Shown piece after piece: positions 37,722-48,122 of a stretch of DNA of 64,000 nucleotides (the first letter of the stretch is position 1; each line of letters opens with the position of its first letter). The translations under genes and the position numbers were made by a program. Location of the stretch: IMG/VR virus record IMGVR_UViG_3300042543_000618, positions 1 to 64,000 of that record, one strand, 5' to 3'. This stretch comes from a virus (lineage: Duplodnaviria; Caudoviricetes). Under the pieces are notes generated by a model. It saw only the letters and a program-made list of their open reading frames with translations. It was not told the DNA's origin and did no database searches.

Positions 37722-38116
37722 TCAGCTAACCCTTGCTCCTTAGCCACCTTGATCGCCTGGATTTTCAGAAAGCTATACAACGACATGCTGACGGTGGCGA
37801 TCTCGTCCGGGCTGATGCCGTCAAGCACTGCTTTTAGGTAAGGCTCACCATGGCGTAACCCCGTCGCGATCGCAGGGCTTTCGTTGGCAAGCTCTTTTAG
37901 CAATTGCAGCAGGTAGCCCTTCAGCAATTTACCCTTGAGCCCTAGCGCGTCATAGCGGACGGAGGTCACACCAACGATCTCGTTTGCCTTGTCGGCAAAG
38001 CTGACGGCGGTGCGGCTAGATGCGATCGCGCTTTTGACGCCATCGGCAATGACAGCGCGAAATTCATCGGTATCGATGACGGTCTTGAGTAGTCCGATCA
38101 GGAATGGCTTGAGCAT
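37718..38116 (-). CDS. Hypothetical protein
   Basis: GAGG RBS; 132 aa. Confidence 0.55.
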   Translation of the reverse strand: MLKPFLIGLLKTVIDTDEFRAVIADGVKSAIASSRTAVSFADKANEIVGVTSVRYDALGLKGKLLKGYLLQLLKELANESPAIATGLRHGEPYLKAVLDGISPDEIATVSMSLYSFLKIQAIKVAKEQGLAE

Positions 38117-38189
38117 GGAATACCTCGGCTATAGTAGGGTCAGCATGATTGGAAAAGAGGACAGTGGCCCGGCTAAACGCTGGGCTTTT

Positions 38190-38840
38190 TTATTGATTAG
38201 AACCCGTCAGCCGATCGCCGCGACTATCCGGCGCACCAACCACCGCTATTTCCTTGCCGTTGATCGCCTGCCCTGCCTCAGTAAAGCTGGTCTGGCCATT
38301 GACGGTAATGGTAGGCGTATTGATTACTAAGGCACTCCCGTCCAGAGTAATGGTGCCATCGGCGGCCAGGGTAATTTGGGCGGCGGGGTTACCCACCGGG
38401 CCAGTGCTTAGCACCCAGCTACCATCGCCCAGCGATCGCGCCCATGCGCCGGAGGGTAGCAATAGGTCGAAGCGGTCCTCGATGGATTCGCCCTGCTCCT
38501 CAGCCGCGATCGCCGGTCCTTGGCTACCAAGAATACCTTTGGCAAAGCCCGTCACTACGGCGGCGCCGTCTAGGTACTCCACCTTGGCTAGGTCGCCCTG
38601 CTGCACCGGGAAGGTTACCCCCCACCGTGGCCCCTGGTCGCTACTGCCCCAGGCACCTGGGTTAACCGGTTGGGTAAGCTGCAATGGGACGCGCTTTTGG
38701 TCCTGCCAATTGCCGCCCCAGGCTAGGATAGGCACGTCGTAGATAATTCCTGACTGACATTGGCTAGCAGGCGCTAGCACACAGGTCTGAGCGATCGGGT
38801 CATAGGTTAATACCCGATACCAGCGACTTAGCTCTTGCAT
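38190..38840 (-). CDS. Baseplate spike (gpV-like)
   Basis: OB-fold P..GD...V, beta-helix repeats, C-terminal ING...A.VG..D. Confidence 0.72.
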   Translation of the reverse strand: MQELSRWYRVLTYDPIAQTCVLAPASQCQSGIIYDVPILAWGGNWQDQKRVPLQLTQPVNPGAWGSSDQGPRWGVTFPVQQGDLAKVEYLDGAAVVTGFAKGILGSQGPAIAAEEQGESIEDRFDLLLPSGAWARSLGDGSWVLSTGPVGNPAAQITLAADGTITLDGSALVINTPTITVNGQTSFTEAGQAINGKEIAVVGAPDSRGDRLTGSNQ

Positions 38841-40558
38841 TCTTCCGGCAAATACTCCTGAATCAGCGCGTTATACTCCTCCGCCCCGCCGATCGCTTCC
38901 ATCTTGTTGCCCTTGCGGTTATACCAGTAGTAGAAATCAGGCTCGATGGGGCTGATAAAGTCTTTTAGCTCCTCATCGGTTGAGACTGGCCCGGAGGCGC
39001 GCTCTGGGTTTGCCTCGCCGTCGCCGCCTAGCTGATCCCGGTCTTCGGTTAGCCCGGCGCCCAGGTAACGATTGCGCCGATCGCGGATACATTCTAGCTG
39101 AGTCGTCCAGCTGCCACTGGCTAGCTCTATGCTATGGCTACGGCTAAGGATTAGGTACTGTCCTGGCACCGCCTCTGGGTTATGCCAGTTCTCTGTCACC
39201 TCCACACAGGTATTAATGCGCCAGCCCGGCTCACCCCGCACCGATAGGGTGCAACGCTGCACCGGACGATCGTACCAGCGGATGACTTCGAGGGCGATCA
39301 GGTCCATAAAGGTACTGGCCCGTCCGTCTCGCTCTATGTCAATATCTTTGTTACCGCTATTGACAAGCCTGGCGGGGATGGCAATTTCCATCTTGCGTGG
39401 CCCGCCATACTGCTTGATACTCCCCATGTTGTAGCATTGGCCCGCATCCATAGCCGTGTCGCCAGCGGAGGCGCCCATCTGCCCCTGGAGGGTACAACGA
39501 ACATAGTTAGCAATGCGATCGCAGGACAGCCTATCCGCCCAGGCGATAATGCTAGACGATGGACACTGGACAAAGGGTAGGTCCTCCCAGTTGCGCAGCG
39601 GGCGATCGCTCCATTTCAGGTATTCCGAATCCAGCACCGTCTGACACTTGCCGGAGTAGGGTAGCTTTTCCCACACGATCGCGCCGGTGTGGTCCACAAA
39701 CATTTGAAAGATGCCATTGACGGTTAGGTACTGAAGCGCACTCCAGGCGCTTCCTTCGTTGGCAATCCTGGCAAATACGTCCGGCGGGATCGGGATTGGT
39801 CGGGTTCTAGCCTCCCAGCCGGTTTCGCCTTGCCCGTCGCTTGGGTCAAACCAGAATTGTTCTACCCAGTGGCGCAGGATGCCGTAGTAGATAGGCACGA
39901 CGGTATTGACGTCAACGGTCTGGAACCGTACCTCCAGCGATCGCCCTAGGGAGGTGGGCGCGTTGGTGTCGGTGAGTACTTGGGCATTGCGGTAGATAGC
40001 ACCGTAGGACTCACCCGATAGGGTCAGGGTAGTCTCCGCCCCACCGCCCCCCATCACCGCTGAGGACCGTCCGTAGGCGCTAGTAATGCCACGCATCAGT
40101 AAGTAGGGTGCCTTGTCTAGGTAATCCTCCCAGTCGGGCTCAGGGGGTGGCTTAGGTTGGCCATTGGCAGGCGCGTAGGCATCACTCAAGTTAGAGCCAC
40201 TGCCATCGGCGGTTTGAAATACTACCGGGTTAGTAGCCGGGTCCTGGGGGACAAATGCTTCTACGTTGGTCAACGGGTCCTGGTTGCGAGAGGCATAGAT
40301 TTCAACCACCATGCCCGGGTGGATGCGCTTTAGTAGCGTTTCATTGTCGAGCCGTGCCCTCATTTTCAAGTTCCAGCTACCGGCAGGGCTTTCGACGCTC
40401 AGGGTGTCGTTGTAGCTGAGCAAGTCCTTGAACTCGCCAAAGTCCACCACGGTCTCCCCGGTACGGGTCATAATCCGCAGGTCAAAACGCACCGTGGACT
40501 CATGGCCAGAGGTGACACCCATGCCAGCGGGATTGTAAATGCCAATGGTTCTAACCAT
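38828..40558 (-). CDS. Baseplate hub protein
   Basis: 576 aa; QYGG.R..E, GEP..R.G/N...Y.I....HS...G.WTT.L. Confidence 0.68.
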   Translation of the reverse strand: MVRTIGIYNPAGMGVTSGHESTVRFDLRIMTRTGETVVDFGEFKDLLSYNDTLSVESPAGSWNLKMRARLDNETLLKRIHPGMVVEIYASRNQDPLTNVEAFVPQDPATNPVVFQTADGSGSNLSDAYAPANGQPKPPPEPDWEDYLDKAPYLLMRGITSAYGRSSAVMGGGGAETTLTLSGESYGAIYRNAQVLTDTNAPTSLGRSLEVRFQTVDVNTVVPIYYGILRHWVEQFWFDPSDGQGETGWEARTRPIPIPPDVFARIANEGSAWSALQYLTVNGIFQMFVDHTGAIVWEKLPYSGKCQTVLDSEYLKWSDRPLRNWEDLPFVQCPSSSIIAWADRLSCDRIANYVRCTLQGQMGASAGDTAMDAGQCYNMGSIKQYGGPRKMEIAIPARLVNSGNKDIDIERDGRASTFMDLIALEVIRWYDRPVQRCTLSVRGEPGWRINTCVEVTENWHNPEAVPGQYLILSRSHSIELASGSWTTQLECIRDRRNRYLGAGLTEDRDQLGGDGEANPERASGPVSTDEELKDFISPIEPDFYYWYNRKGNKMEAIGGAEEYNALIQEYLPEECKS

Positions 40559-40850
40559 GGCTCACCCGGCGATCGCGCACCACCTCAAACAAGGGTCGCA
40601 ACTGGCCGCAGATAAGTTGCTCCGCCTCGCTGGTGGCTAGTCGGTTCTCCTGCCAACGGGTCACCCAGTAGGTAATATCCCAATTGGCCGGGTATAGGCT
40701 AAGGCTTTGGCCATTGGGATGACGCAACTCCAGCGGTAGCATGGTGCGGATGAGGTCGCGGTTGTCCATGTACCACTGACAGGCGCGATCGATGTGGGAT
40801 TTATCCATGGGAACCGGCTCTGCCCATAATGGAGTCGAAGGCGGCATCAT
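40551..40850 (-). CDS. Hypothetical protein
   Basis: 99 aa, coupled. Confidence 0.5.
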   Translation of the reverse strand: MMPPSTPLWAEPVPMDKSHIDRACQWYMDNRDLIRTMLPLELRHPNGQSLSLYPANWDITYWVTRWQENRLATSEAEQLICGQLRPLFEVVRDRRVSHG

Positions 40851-41862
40851 CTTGCGCCAAGACTTTGGCTATCTTCCTGGCGGTTGGGCTTGTTGCAAGC
40901 ATGTGAATCCGTTGCTGCGCGATCGCGTCTTGCTTGGAGTCTGCATCAAAGAAGTTTTCGGGTAGCTTCTCATAAAAAGACTCCATCTGGCTTGTAGCTT
41001 TTTTGATGGCTGGCAGTGTATTGATGACGCTATCCAGCAAGCCAAGGGCAAGCTCTGCTTTGCGTTTAGACGCTTGATCAGTTGTGGAGTTCAGATCACT
41101 TACAAAATCTTCCCTAAGGGCTTGGAGTGATGGCTTGTCTTCATAGGCATAGCCCCAGGCTTCCTCGAGCGGGTTGATGCCGTGTTGGCTAAGTTCAGAA
41201 AAGTTTTGGGCGGCACCGGCTACGGCGTCGTAGACAGCTTTTGTATAGGCGTCCTTTGGAGGTGGGCTTTTACCTCTAAATACTTCAGCAAGATCGTCAG
41301 GTGTGCAAATGTCTTCTATGCTTTGAACGCCAAAACTATCATAGGCTTTAACAGCAGACTCCCATTCCTTTGCTTGTTGCCTGCAGGAACTAACGGGCCA
41401 CTCAGTAAGCAGTTCAATTAACATATCTGGGTCGCCAGACTGCTTGAGAAAGTTTACAAATTGCCCAGCCTCTGGGGATGCACTGTTAAGTGCCGCTTTG
41501 GGGTCAATTCCCGCTAAGGGGTCTTGCTGCTCGCCTTGAACACCCTGGGAGACTTGTTGGTGTAGGGCATGGAGTCCTTCCATCGTCGGCGCTTGTTGCT
41601 GCGCCTGTGGTTGGGCTTGGGCGGCGGGCGTAGCGGGTGCTGCAGGCGTCGCCCCCTGACTTCCAGCAAGGTGCCACCGTCCGCCTTGCAATACCTCCTG
41701 GTGTCCCGCTTGGTTGGTGCGGGTTTCACCTTCTTGGTGTTGAGCGTCAAATAGTCCTAGCTGCCCTGGGGCAGGCGATCGCTTGCCCGCTTTCCTCAAG
41801 ACGATGCCGCCAGCGGTCACCACCGGGACATAGTGCACCCCAGCGAGGGTATAAATTTTCAT
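40801..41862 (-). CDS. Leader-bearing putative internal head protein with helical cargo
   Basis: MKIYTLAGVHYVPVVTAGGIVLRKAG...QLGLF...GETRTN..G...L..GRW. Confidence 0.7.
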   Translation of the reverse strand: MKIYTLAGVHYVPVVTAGGIVLRKAGKRSPAPGQLGLFDAQHQEGETRTNQAGHQEVLQGGRWHLAGSQGATPAAPATPAAQAQPQAQQQAPTMEGLHALHQQVSQGVQGEQQDPLAGIDPKAALNSASPEAGQFVNFLKQSGDPDMLIELLTEWPVSSCRQQAKEWESAVKAYDSFGVQSIEDICTPDDLAEVFRGKSPPPKDAYTKAVYDAVAGAAQNFSELSQHGINPLEEAWGYAYEDKPSLQALREDFVSDLNSTTDQASKRKAELALGLLDSVINTLPAIKKATSQMESFYEKLPENFFDADSKQDAIAQQRIHMLATSPTARKIAKVLAQDDAAFDSIMGRAGSHG

Positions 41863-41864
41863 GG

Positions 41865-42608
41865 CTACCTAACCCCTGGGTAGGTCCACCGGGCACGGCT
41901 GCCACGGCAGTCGACATGAATAAACCCATTACCCCGGGCAAGCCCACCTTGGCCACCCCACCAATGATCCAACTCGTTATAAATGTCCGCCAGGGACAGC
42001 CCAGGGATATTAAAGTCCACCGCATGGCCCTTCATGTGGGTAGAAAAACGAGCGCCCCCCACGCGGGCATTAGTAGCCGGGTTCCGATACCAGGAATTGA
42101 TCTTGATGGGCCGCTTAAACCGCTCCCGAATGTCCTGCATCACCTCCGCCACCCGAATGATGCCGTACACCACGGAGGCATTCTCAGGGTGCCGGTAGCT
42201 ACCATCGGCGGCAACATGGAGCGCTTCACCCCAGGTGAAGTTAGGCGCTTTTGACGAGATCGGCTGAGTACTGGAGCAGTCGTTCTCAAACCCTGGCAGG
42301 ATAATTCGATGACCGTCCCGGCGGGTTGCGGGTTCATCCTTGGGGTCATTGCCTGAACCAAACCCTGATGGGTCACTGGCATGGTCCGCATATACCCACC
42401 AAGTATTCCTGCCTGATGGGTGCAGGTTCACCAAGTCAAACCGCTTCGGGTCAATGGTGAAATGCACATGACCGTGCAATAGCTGATAGGCCAGCAAGGG
42501 GAACGATCGCCCTTTGCCGATATTCACTACCGCTGCCTTATCGTAGGCGATCGCTTGCTCCGGCCCTGGCTTTAGGACCGTGTTCTCAGTAATTTCAAGG
42601 ACTAGCAT
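41865..42608 (-). CDS. Endolysin, peptidase M15A
   Basis: SWYR.P..N..VGG...S.H..G.A.D...FIHVD. Confidence 0.88.
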   Translation of the reverse strand: MLVLEITENTVLKPGPEQAIAYDKAAVVNIGKGRSFPLLAYQLLHGHVHFTIDPKRFDLVNLHPSGRNTWWVYADHASDPSGFGSGNDPKDEPATRRDGHRIILPGFENDCSSTQPISSKAPNFTWGEALHVAADGSYRHPENASVVYGIIRVAEVMQDIRERFKRPIKINSWYRNPATNARVGGARFSTHMKGHAVDFNIPGLSLADIYNELDHWWGGQGGLARGNGFIHVDCRGSRARWTYPGVR

Positions 42609-43400
42609 TTATGCTCCTAGGTCAATGCCGATAGACTTCATGCCAAGCAGGGACGCTACCCGTCCGGTGGTGCCGGTGCCAAAGTAAGGGTCTAGCACCG
42701 TCGCTCCGGCCACTGTGGCGCTAGACAATAGCTCATGGACTAATGAATCAGGGAATGGGCAGGGGTGGCTAGAATGGCCACAGGGACGATGTACCAGCAC
42801 CGACGATCGCAGTGGTTTGGTATTCAACATCGGTCGCCCATTCTTGCCGCTTTTGCCCAGCATCAGGACATACTCATGGGTTTCCGGTGGCGCGTCACCC
42901 TTGCCCACTTGGCTGCTTTGCCCCTTATCCCAAATCAAGATCTTCCGCATTACCCAGCCATCAGCCCGTAGTCGCTCCGCCAGGCGGATAGGCACCAGTA
43001 AGGGTTCTTTCTCGCGGTAGTCGTCCTCCAGGCTACGGCGGTAGAGCCAGTCTCCTGCTTGTCGCCGTTGCCCCTTGGCGCGTATCGGGCTGTAGTTGTT
43101 GCTGGTATCGCCTATCACAATCCAGCACACCCCGCCTTCTGCTAACCCCTGGTACACCAACCTAAAAACCTGCTGCAACGTATCCAGGTAGGCGTCAAGG
43201 CTATCCTCTAGCCCGTGTTGCCCTTCGTGGCCATAGTCTATCTGGCTGTAATAGGGAGGGGAGGTAAGGCAATAGTCCCAGCGATCGCCTGCCGCTAGCC
43301 GTCGCTTCAGGACCGCGATCGCGTCGCCACGGTAGAACCGGATGCGATCGTCCGCCATTGGCTTGAGGTCAATGGTATTGAACAGGGCTAGCTGGTGCAT
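42609..43400 (-). CDS. Beta-class N4-cytosine/N6-adenine DNA methyltransferase
   Basis: TSPPY, HP..FP, VLDPYFGTGTT; N-terminal QLALF. Confidence 0.9.
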   Translation of the reverse strand: MHQLALFNTIDLKPMADDRIRFYRGDAIAVLKRRLAAGDRWDYCLTSPPYYSQIDYGHEGQHGLEDSLDAYLDTLQQVFRLVYQGLAEGGVCWIVIGDTSNNYSPIRAKGQRRQAGDWLYRRSLEDDYREKEPLLVPIRLAERLRADGWVMRKILIWDKGQSSQVGKGDAPPETHEYVLMLGKSGKNGRPMLNTKPLRSSVLVHRPCGHSSHPCPFPDSLVHELLSSATVAGATVLDPYFGTGTTGRVASLLGMKSIGIDLGA

Positions 43401-43499
43401 TTTTCTGGAAAGCTGTAGGGCTATTGATTAGACGATGCCCACCCTAGTTCTAGGATACTATCGGTTCGCGCAGATTGGCGATAGGGTTGTAAATTTGCT

Positions 43500-46400
43500 T
43501 TACCCATACACCGGCGATAGGTTGCCACTATTGCGCGGGTTGCGATCGCGGCTACCTTGGCGGGTTTGCTCAAATTCGTCCAGGTAGGGCCGGGCGGCGT
43601 GGATGGCGTTGGTTACCTCCTGTCGGGTGCGGGCGGGGTCAGTGGCGCTAGCGATATTGACGGTGATGTTAGTGGTGCGGTTGTTGGTTTGGTTGCCGCG
43701 TCCCATGGATGCTACTAGCTCCCTGGATGGATCGCCAGCGCTGGCCCGTAGGTTAACAGGGCGCCTGAATAGGTCAGCTTCCATCTGCCGCCGGCGGGTA
43801 AGCCCCGGGAGAACTTCGCCGTCAGCTTTATTCCATCGTCTGAATTCATTGGCTGCTCCAGCGTAGTCGCCCCGGTTCAGGCGGCGTAGCAGGGTAGAAC
43901 CGGCAAACCCGTCCTCCCCGCCGCCAACATTGTAAATAAACGACTGTAGGGCGGTGCGCTGGTTTTCGTTTAGTGGCACCGTTACAAGTTCGTCAATTGT
44001 TCGGTTGACGCCTGCTAGATGTCGCTGTAGTTCCGCTTCAGCTTGCTCGCGGGTGATTGAGCCATGGGCGCCGGGGGCGCGGGTGCCATAGCCCCAACTA
44101 TATTGCTGATGATCCCAATAGGGTGTTGGGTGGAAGCCCTCGAACTGCTTGATAAAGTCTGCGGCGCTGGCAGTACCACCGCCACCCGCTGCCGCTGGCT
44201 GACTGGGGAACGTCCTGCCTTGGGGGCGATCGCGGCGGTTATCCCCATGTCCGGTTTTAATAATTAAGTTGCCGTTCTCGTCGTAGATATTGGCATAGTT
44301 CCCATAATTCCCTGTAGTGCCATAATTTACCCGCCCGTCTGGCACAGTAGGCAGGTAAATTTCAGCACCGGCGGAGCTGCTTCCGGGCGCAGTGCTGCGG
44401 GCATCATTACCCATAGGGATGAAGTAGTCAAAGCTGTACCAGCCTTCATGTTGACTATGGCTATGAGCGGCGGCGGCGCGTTGCAATAACCGAATGCGTT
44501 CAGCTTGTGGAGCGCTTGGATCGTAAACCTGCCCAGAAACAGCATCATTGCTAAATTCTATCCGTCGCCCTTGCTCAGTGTAGGCTTGCGCCATTTGCAT
44601 GAAATAACCGTCAATTTCCTCCCAGGACAGGGTTGTTCTGAATTTGCTGTCAATATGGTTAGATGTGCTGCCGCCGATAAATTGACTAGGGCCAGTGAAC
44701 AACCCGGAAGCAAAAGCGCCACTGGCCCCACCGCCACCACCACCTGCTCCACCCATCACTGAGTTAAGCGTTGACACCAATGCTTCCCGTACGGAGTCCA
44801 CCGCTGAAATTAGTTGGGGAAAGAAGGCTTGCATCATCTGGATGATGCTGGGTAGTTGCCGCTGGGTGTTGATTTCAGAGTTGACGTGAATCAATAGGTC
44901 GGTCTTTAGGATGTCGTTGGTTACGTCCTGCAATAGTTTGCGCTGTTCGCTGGCGGTCTGGTACGCCTGGATGTCCATCAGGTTGGACTCTCGAAGCACC
45001 TGAAAAATATCAGTCAGGGTAGCGCCGCCACTGGTGCCACCCATGCGGGCGGAGACAATATCCCCGGGGGCGAACTCAAAAACGTTATAGCCAGGTCCAG
45101 CGGTAACGCTGCCGGGGGTGTCGTTGAAAGCACCATCAATCAGTCCGCCAATGTAGTTTGTAGCACTTCTCAAAGCCCTAGGGATTATCCGCCTAGCGGG
45201 TTCGCCAAAGGGTCCATGGCGCCGAATGTACTCAGCGCCTTGCTGCGCATTTTCAACACTTATGGCTTCAGGGTTCTCCTCCACGGTCCGAACGATATTG
45301 GCCGCCGTTGCTATAGAGCCAATAGGTCCGGGCAATCCGGCGGCAAAAGAAAGTGCTGCGGATCGTCCTACTGGGCTAGAGATGGCGCTGCCAACCTGTT
45401 CTCCGATTTCCCTTGAATTGGTGTCACCCCCAAAGATCAGCTTACCGATCGCGCTATTCCTGAAGTCATTCATCGTATCCCTGAGCTTATGGAAGGCGGA
45501 TATGCCTTCTTTAACTAGGTTGGCGATCTGTGGTCCCGCCTCACGAATGAATTTAAGTATTCCGTCTATGGCTGCCGTAAGTCCTTCGCCGATCTCTTCA
45601 AGAGGTAACCCATTGAGCTGCTTCAATAGCTCCACCTGGGTCTCCTTCATCTTTAGCGACGCCTCATTGAGGTTAGACATCGCTTTGATGGTCAGGTTAT
45701 GCGCCTCCGCCTCTAATTTCCGCGCTTGGTCGCCTGGGCTTTCCTGTAGCTGGGCTAGCAATTGCTCCACCCGTCCGCCATCACCGCCCGGGCCGGTTGG
45801 CAGCCGTCCGCCATTGGCGGCGCTGATATTGGCCAGTTCTTCAAAGGTGCGGAGGTCCTGGGCGGTGGCTTGTCGCCCCAGGATGCCTTGCAGGGTGGCT
45901 GAGGTTTGCCGCTGTAGCCCTGAATTGCCAGCAATTAGGTTCTGGACAAAGTTGGGATCACTAGCCGCCGCCGCCCTGAATTCATCGGCACCCATCCCGG
46001 AGATGCCCTGCACCCGATTGGTGGTCATCCGCAGCACCCGCTGCGCATTGGACATCATCTGCTCGGGTGAGTTAAACCGTGAATCTAGGGCCGCCTCATC
46101 AACGCCTGCTAGCCTCAGGTAGGCCGCACTGGTGCCATAGGGGTCAGCGGTGCCACCGTAGGACAAGAAGCTCTGTAAGCCCGCCCCAGCCATCTGCACG
46201 TTATCCCTAAACAGGGCGGAGGTGCGGGAATTGCCGCCGGTTAGCCCTGCCATTACGTCCTGGAGCAAGCCAAAGGCGCGATCGCTCATCCCCTGGCCGG
46301 TCTGCTGTACCGCCTGCATGCGGGCGCTGCCCATCATGTCAGCGTACTGCTGAATGTTGGATTCAAACCCGGCGCGGATAGCGCCACCTACCACGTCGGA

Positions 46401-47417
46401 TAGGTAGCTACGAACGCCCTCAGCGCCCTTCTCGCCGCCGGTGCGGGAGTAGATGCCAGCCATATTGGCGGTGGCCTCTACGTTGAGCCCTAGCGCCCGG
46501 GTAAGCTCCTGGATGGTATTAACCAGGGGTCCAGCCATGGCCGGATTGCTTAGGGCTCGGTTTTCCCGTAGCTGGTCAATGAGCCCGGCAGTTTCTTCTA
46601 CCCTAAACCCGTTCTGGGTGCCTAGTTCAAAATTACGCAGCCTGCCAACGCCACCTACACCAAAGCGCTGGTTAATGTCCGCGATCTGGGTTTCGTAGGC
46701 AAGGGATTGATCAGCGCCTCGGACAAGGCGATCCACCATGCCACCGATGCCACTACCGATGGAGGCACCTACCCCTAGCCCGGTCATCATCCCGGCAGGG
46801 CCGCCCAACATGCCAAGCAGTCCGCCGATGCCTGCCCCCACGGCGCCACCGGCAGCGGCGCCGATATTGCCCTGCATGGCATTGCCAGCTACCGATGAGC
46901 CTACGTTGACGGCGGTTTGCATGATGGCTAGATTTTTCATCCAGCCAAGCAAGTCGTTAGTGCCGTCTTTCTTTTTGCCGTCCTCCTGCAATGAATTGCG
47001 TAGTTCCCGCAGGGAGTTGATCAGATCCTGATAGTCCTTGGCGCTATCCGGGTCCTTCAACGACGCATGGAGGATTGAGGTTTGCAGGCGAGAGGCGGCC
47101 ATATTGGCCACGTCCGGCGCATTGGGCGCGATCGCTTGCACCGCTTGCACTCGTTGCTGGAAGTCGCCTAGGGTGCCCCTGTCGGTGGTTGGCTGCGGGG
47201 GCGGTGGCAATGCCCCACCGGTGTCGGTGACAGGGCGCGGCAATGGCTCAAAGGAACCCCCACCACCTGCCGCTGAGGCTGCCGCCGCTGAGGGCGCACC
47301 GGTGCTGAAATGGCGTTCTAGGTCCTGTTGCTTATTGATGGCGCGTTCTGCCCCTTCAATGAAGCCACTCGGGTCTAGGTTTAGGACGTACTCTAACTTA
47401 TGTTCTTGGTCAGCCAT
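43500..47417 (-). CDS. Tape measure protein with M23-like and GH24 lysozyme domains
   Basis: 1305 aa after the tail chaperone; IKQFEG...YWD...WGYG...STLLRRLN...RRR..E..LF. Confidence 0.85.
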   Translation of the reverse strand: MADQEHKLEYVLNLDPSGFIEGAERAINKQQDLERHFSTGAPSAAAASAAGGGGSFEPLPRPVTDTGGALPPPPQPTTDRGTLGDFQQRVQAVQAIAPNAPDVANMAASRLQTSILHASLKDPDSAKDYQDLINSLRELRNSLQEDGKKKDGTNDLLGWMKNLAIMQTAVNVGSSVAGNAMQGNIGAAAGGAVGAGIGGLLGMLGGPAGMMTGLGVGASIGSGIGGMVDRLVRGADQSLAYETQIADINQRFGVGGVGRLRNFELGTQNGFRVEETAGLIDQLRENRALSNPAMAGPLVNTIQELTRALGLNVEATANMAGIYSRTGGEKGAEGVRSYLSDVVGGAIRAGFESNIQQYADMMGSARMQAVQQTGQGMSDRAFGLLQDVMAGLTGGNSRTSALFRDNVQMAGAGLQSFLSYGGTADPYGTSAAYLRLAGVDEAALDSRFNSPEQMMSNAQRVLRMTTNRVQGISGMGADEFRAAAASDPNFVQNLIAGNSGLQRQTSATLQGILGRQATAQDLRTFEELANISAANGGRLPTGPGGDGGRVEQLLAQLQESPGDQARKLEAEAHNLTIKAMSNLNEASLKMKETQVELLKQLNGLPLEEIGEGLTAAIDGILKFIREAGPQIANLVKEGISAFHKLRDTMNDFRNSAIGKLIFGGDTNSREIGEQVGSAISSPVGRSAALSFAAGLPGPIGSIATAANIVRTVEENPEAISVENAQQGAEYIRRHGPFGEPARRIIPRALRSATNYIGGLIDGAFNDTPGSVTAGPGYNVFEFAPGDIVSARMGGTSGGATLTDIFQVLRESNLMDIQAYQTASEQRKLLQDVTNDILKTDLLIHVNSEINTQRQLPSIIQMMQAFFPQLISAVDSVREALVSTLNSVMGGAGGGGGGASGAFASGLFTGPSQFIGGSTSNHIDSKFRTTLSWEEIDGYFMQMAQAYTEQGRRIEFSNDAVSGQVYDPSAPQAERIRLLQRAAAAHSHSQHEGWYSFDYFIPMGNDARSTAPGSSSAGAEIYLPTVPDGRVNYGTTGNYGNYANIYDENGNLIIKTGHGDNRRDRPQGRTFPSQPAAAGGGGTASAADFIKQFEGFHPTPYWDHQQYSWGYGTRAPGAHGSITREQAEAELQRHLAGVNRTIDELVTVPLNENQRTALQSFIYNVGGGEDGFAGSTLLRRLNRGDYAGAANEFRRWNKADGEVLPGLTRRRQMEADLFRRPVNLRASAGDPSRELVASMGRGNQTNNRTTNITVNIASATDPARTRQEVTNAIHAARPYLDEFEQTRQGSRDRNPRNSGNLSPVYG

Positions 47418-47430
47418 GGCCGTAAATAAG

Positions 47431-47469
47431 AAAAGCCCCCGTCGTTACGAGGGAGGTAACAACGGGGGC
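47431..47469 (-). terminator. Intrinsic terminator between chaperone and tape measure genes
   Basis: GCCCCCGTTGTTAC...GTAACGACGGGGGC-TTTTC. Confidence 0.7.
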
Positions 47470-47491
47470 ATCTTGCGGGTGCAACTTAAAG

Positions 47492-48102
47492 CTATTTCCC
47501 ACGCATCTGGTCGAGCATCTCAGGCGTTACCCCAAGTTCCCTTAGCTCTTGCTGGTAGCTATCGTCGTGGAATTCGTTATTGTCTGGATTGCCGTCGGCA
47601 TTGCGTTCTTGCTCAAGCTCAATCACTTGCCGATACTCTAGGATCACCTGAGCCTCTGTCATTGCTAACCATCGAGGGTCAGTTGGGAGGAGTCGGTAGC
47701 GATCGCGGAGGATGAAACAGATTTTGTCCCATCGTCCGTTGTCGCTACCGTCCCAGATTTTTTTGCTTGGGCATCCTCAACCTGCTGGTCCAGCCAGGCG
47801 GAATACTCTTCAGCAAATTTGCCAAAAAATTGAAAGTCCTCTGAATTGGTAGAGGTTAGCAACTGGTCCACAAACCCGACTGGTTCTACAATTACCGCCT
47901 GGGCGATCGCTACCACCAGGGCGTTATACCGTAGCTGGTCGCCTGCGTCTACCCCCTCAATGCCTGCCTCCGCCAGGGCACGGTTAATGAACCGGTCCTG
48001 GTAAGCAGGAATTAAAAACATGGAGTCGTTAAAGGTGCGGGGTCGAACGACTAAAGTACCTAGCCGCTCAAACCCCGTCACGGTCATTGTTACGGTCGTC
48101 AT
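47492..48102 (-). CDS. Tail assembly chaperone, long (-1 frameshift) form
   Basis: Slippery A AAA AAA at 47764-47758; the -1 frame is open to TAG at 47494-47492 (IWDG...LLPTDPRWLAMTEAQVILEY...). Confidence 0.75.
47665..48102 (-). CDS. Tail assembly chaperone, short form
   Basis: Lies between tube and tape measure genes. Confidence 0.75.
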   Translation of the reverse strand: MTTVTMTVTGFERLGTLVVRPRTFNDSMFLIPAYQDRFINRALAEAGIEGVDAGDQLRYNALVVAIAQAVIVEPVGFVDQLLTSTNSEDFQFFGKFAEEYSAWLDQQVEDAQAKKSGTVATTDDGTKSVSSSAIATDSSQLTLDG

Positions 48103-48122
48103 TTTGCACTCGCATTAAAGAA

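Noticed and set aside
42609-43400. Restriction-modification system
   Set aside because: No adjacent endonuclease; an orphan phage methyltransferase is more likely
45226-47715. Long plus-strand ORFs opposite the tape measure and other structural genes
   Set aside because: Antisense shadows of GC-rich coding sequence with no recognisable motifs
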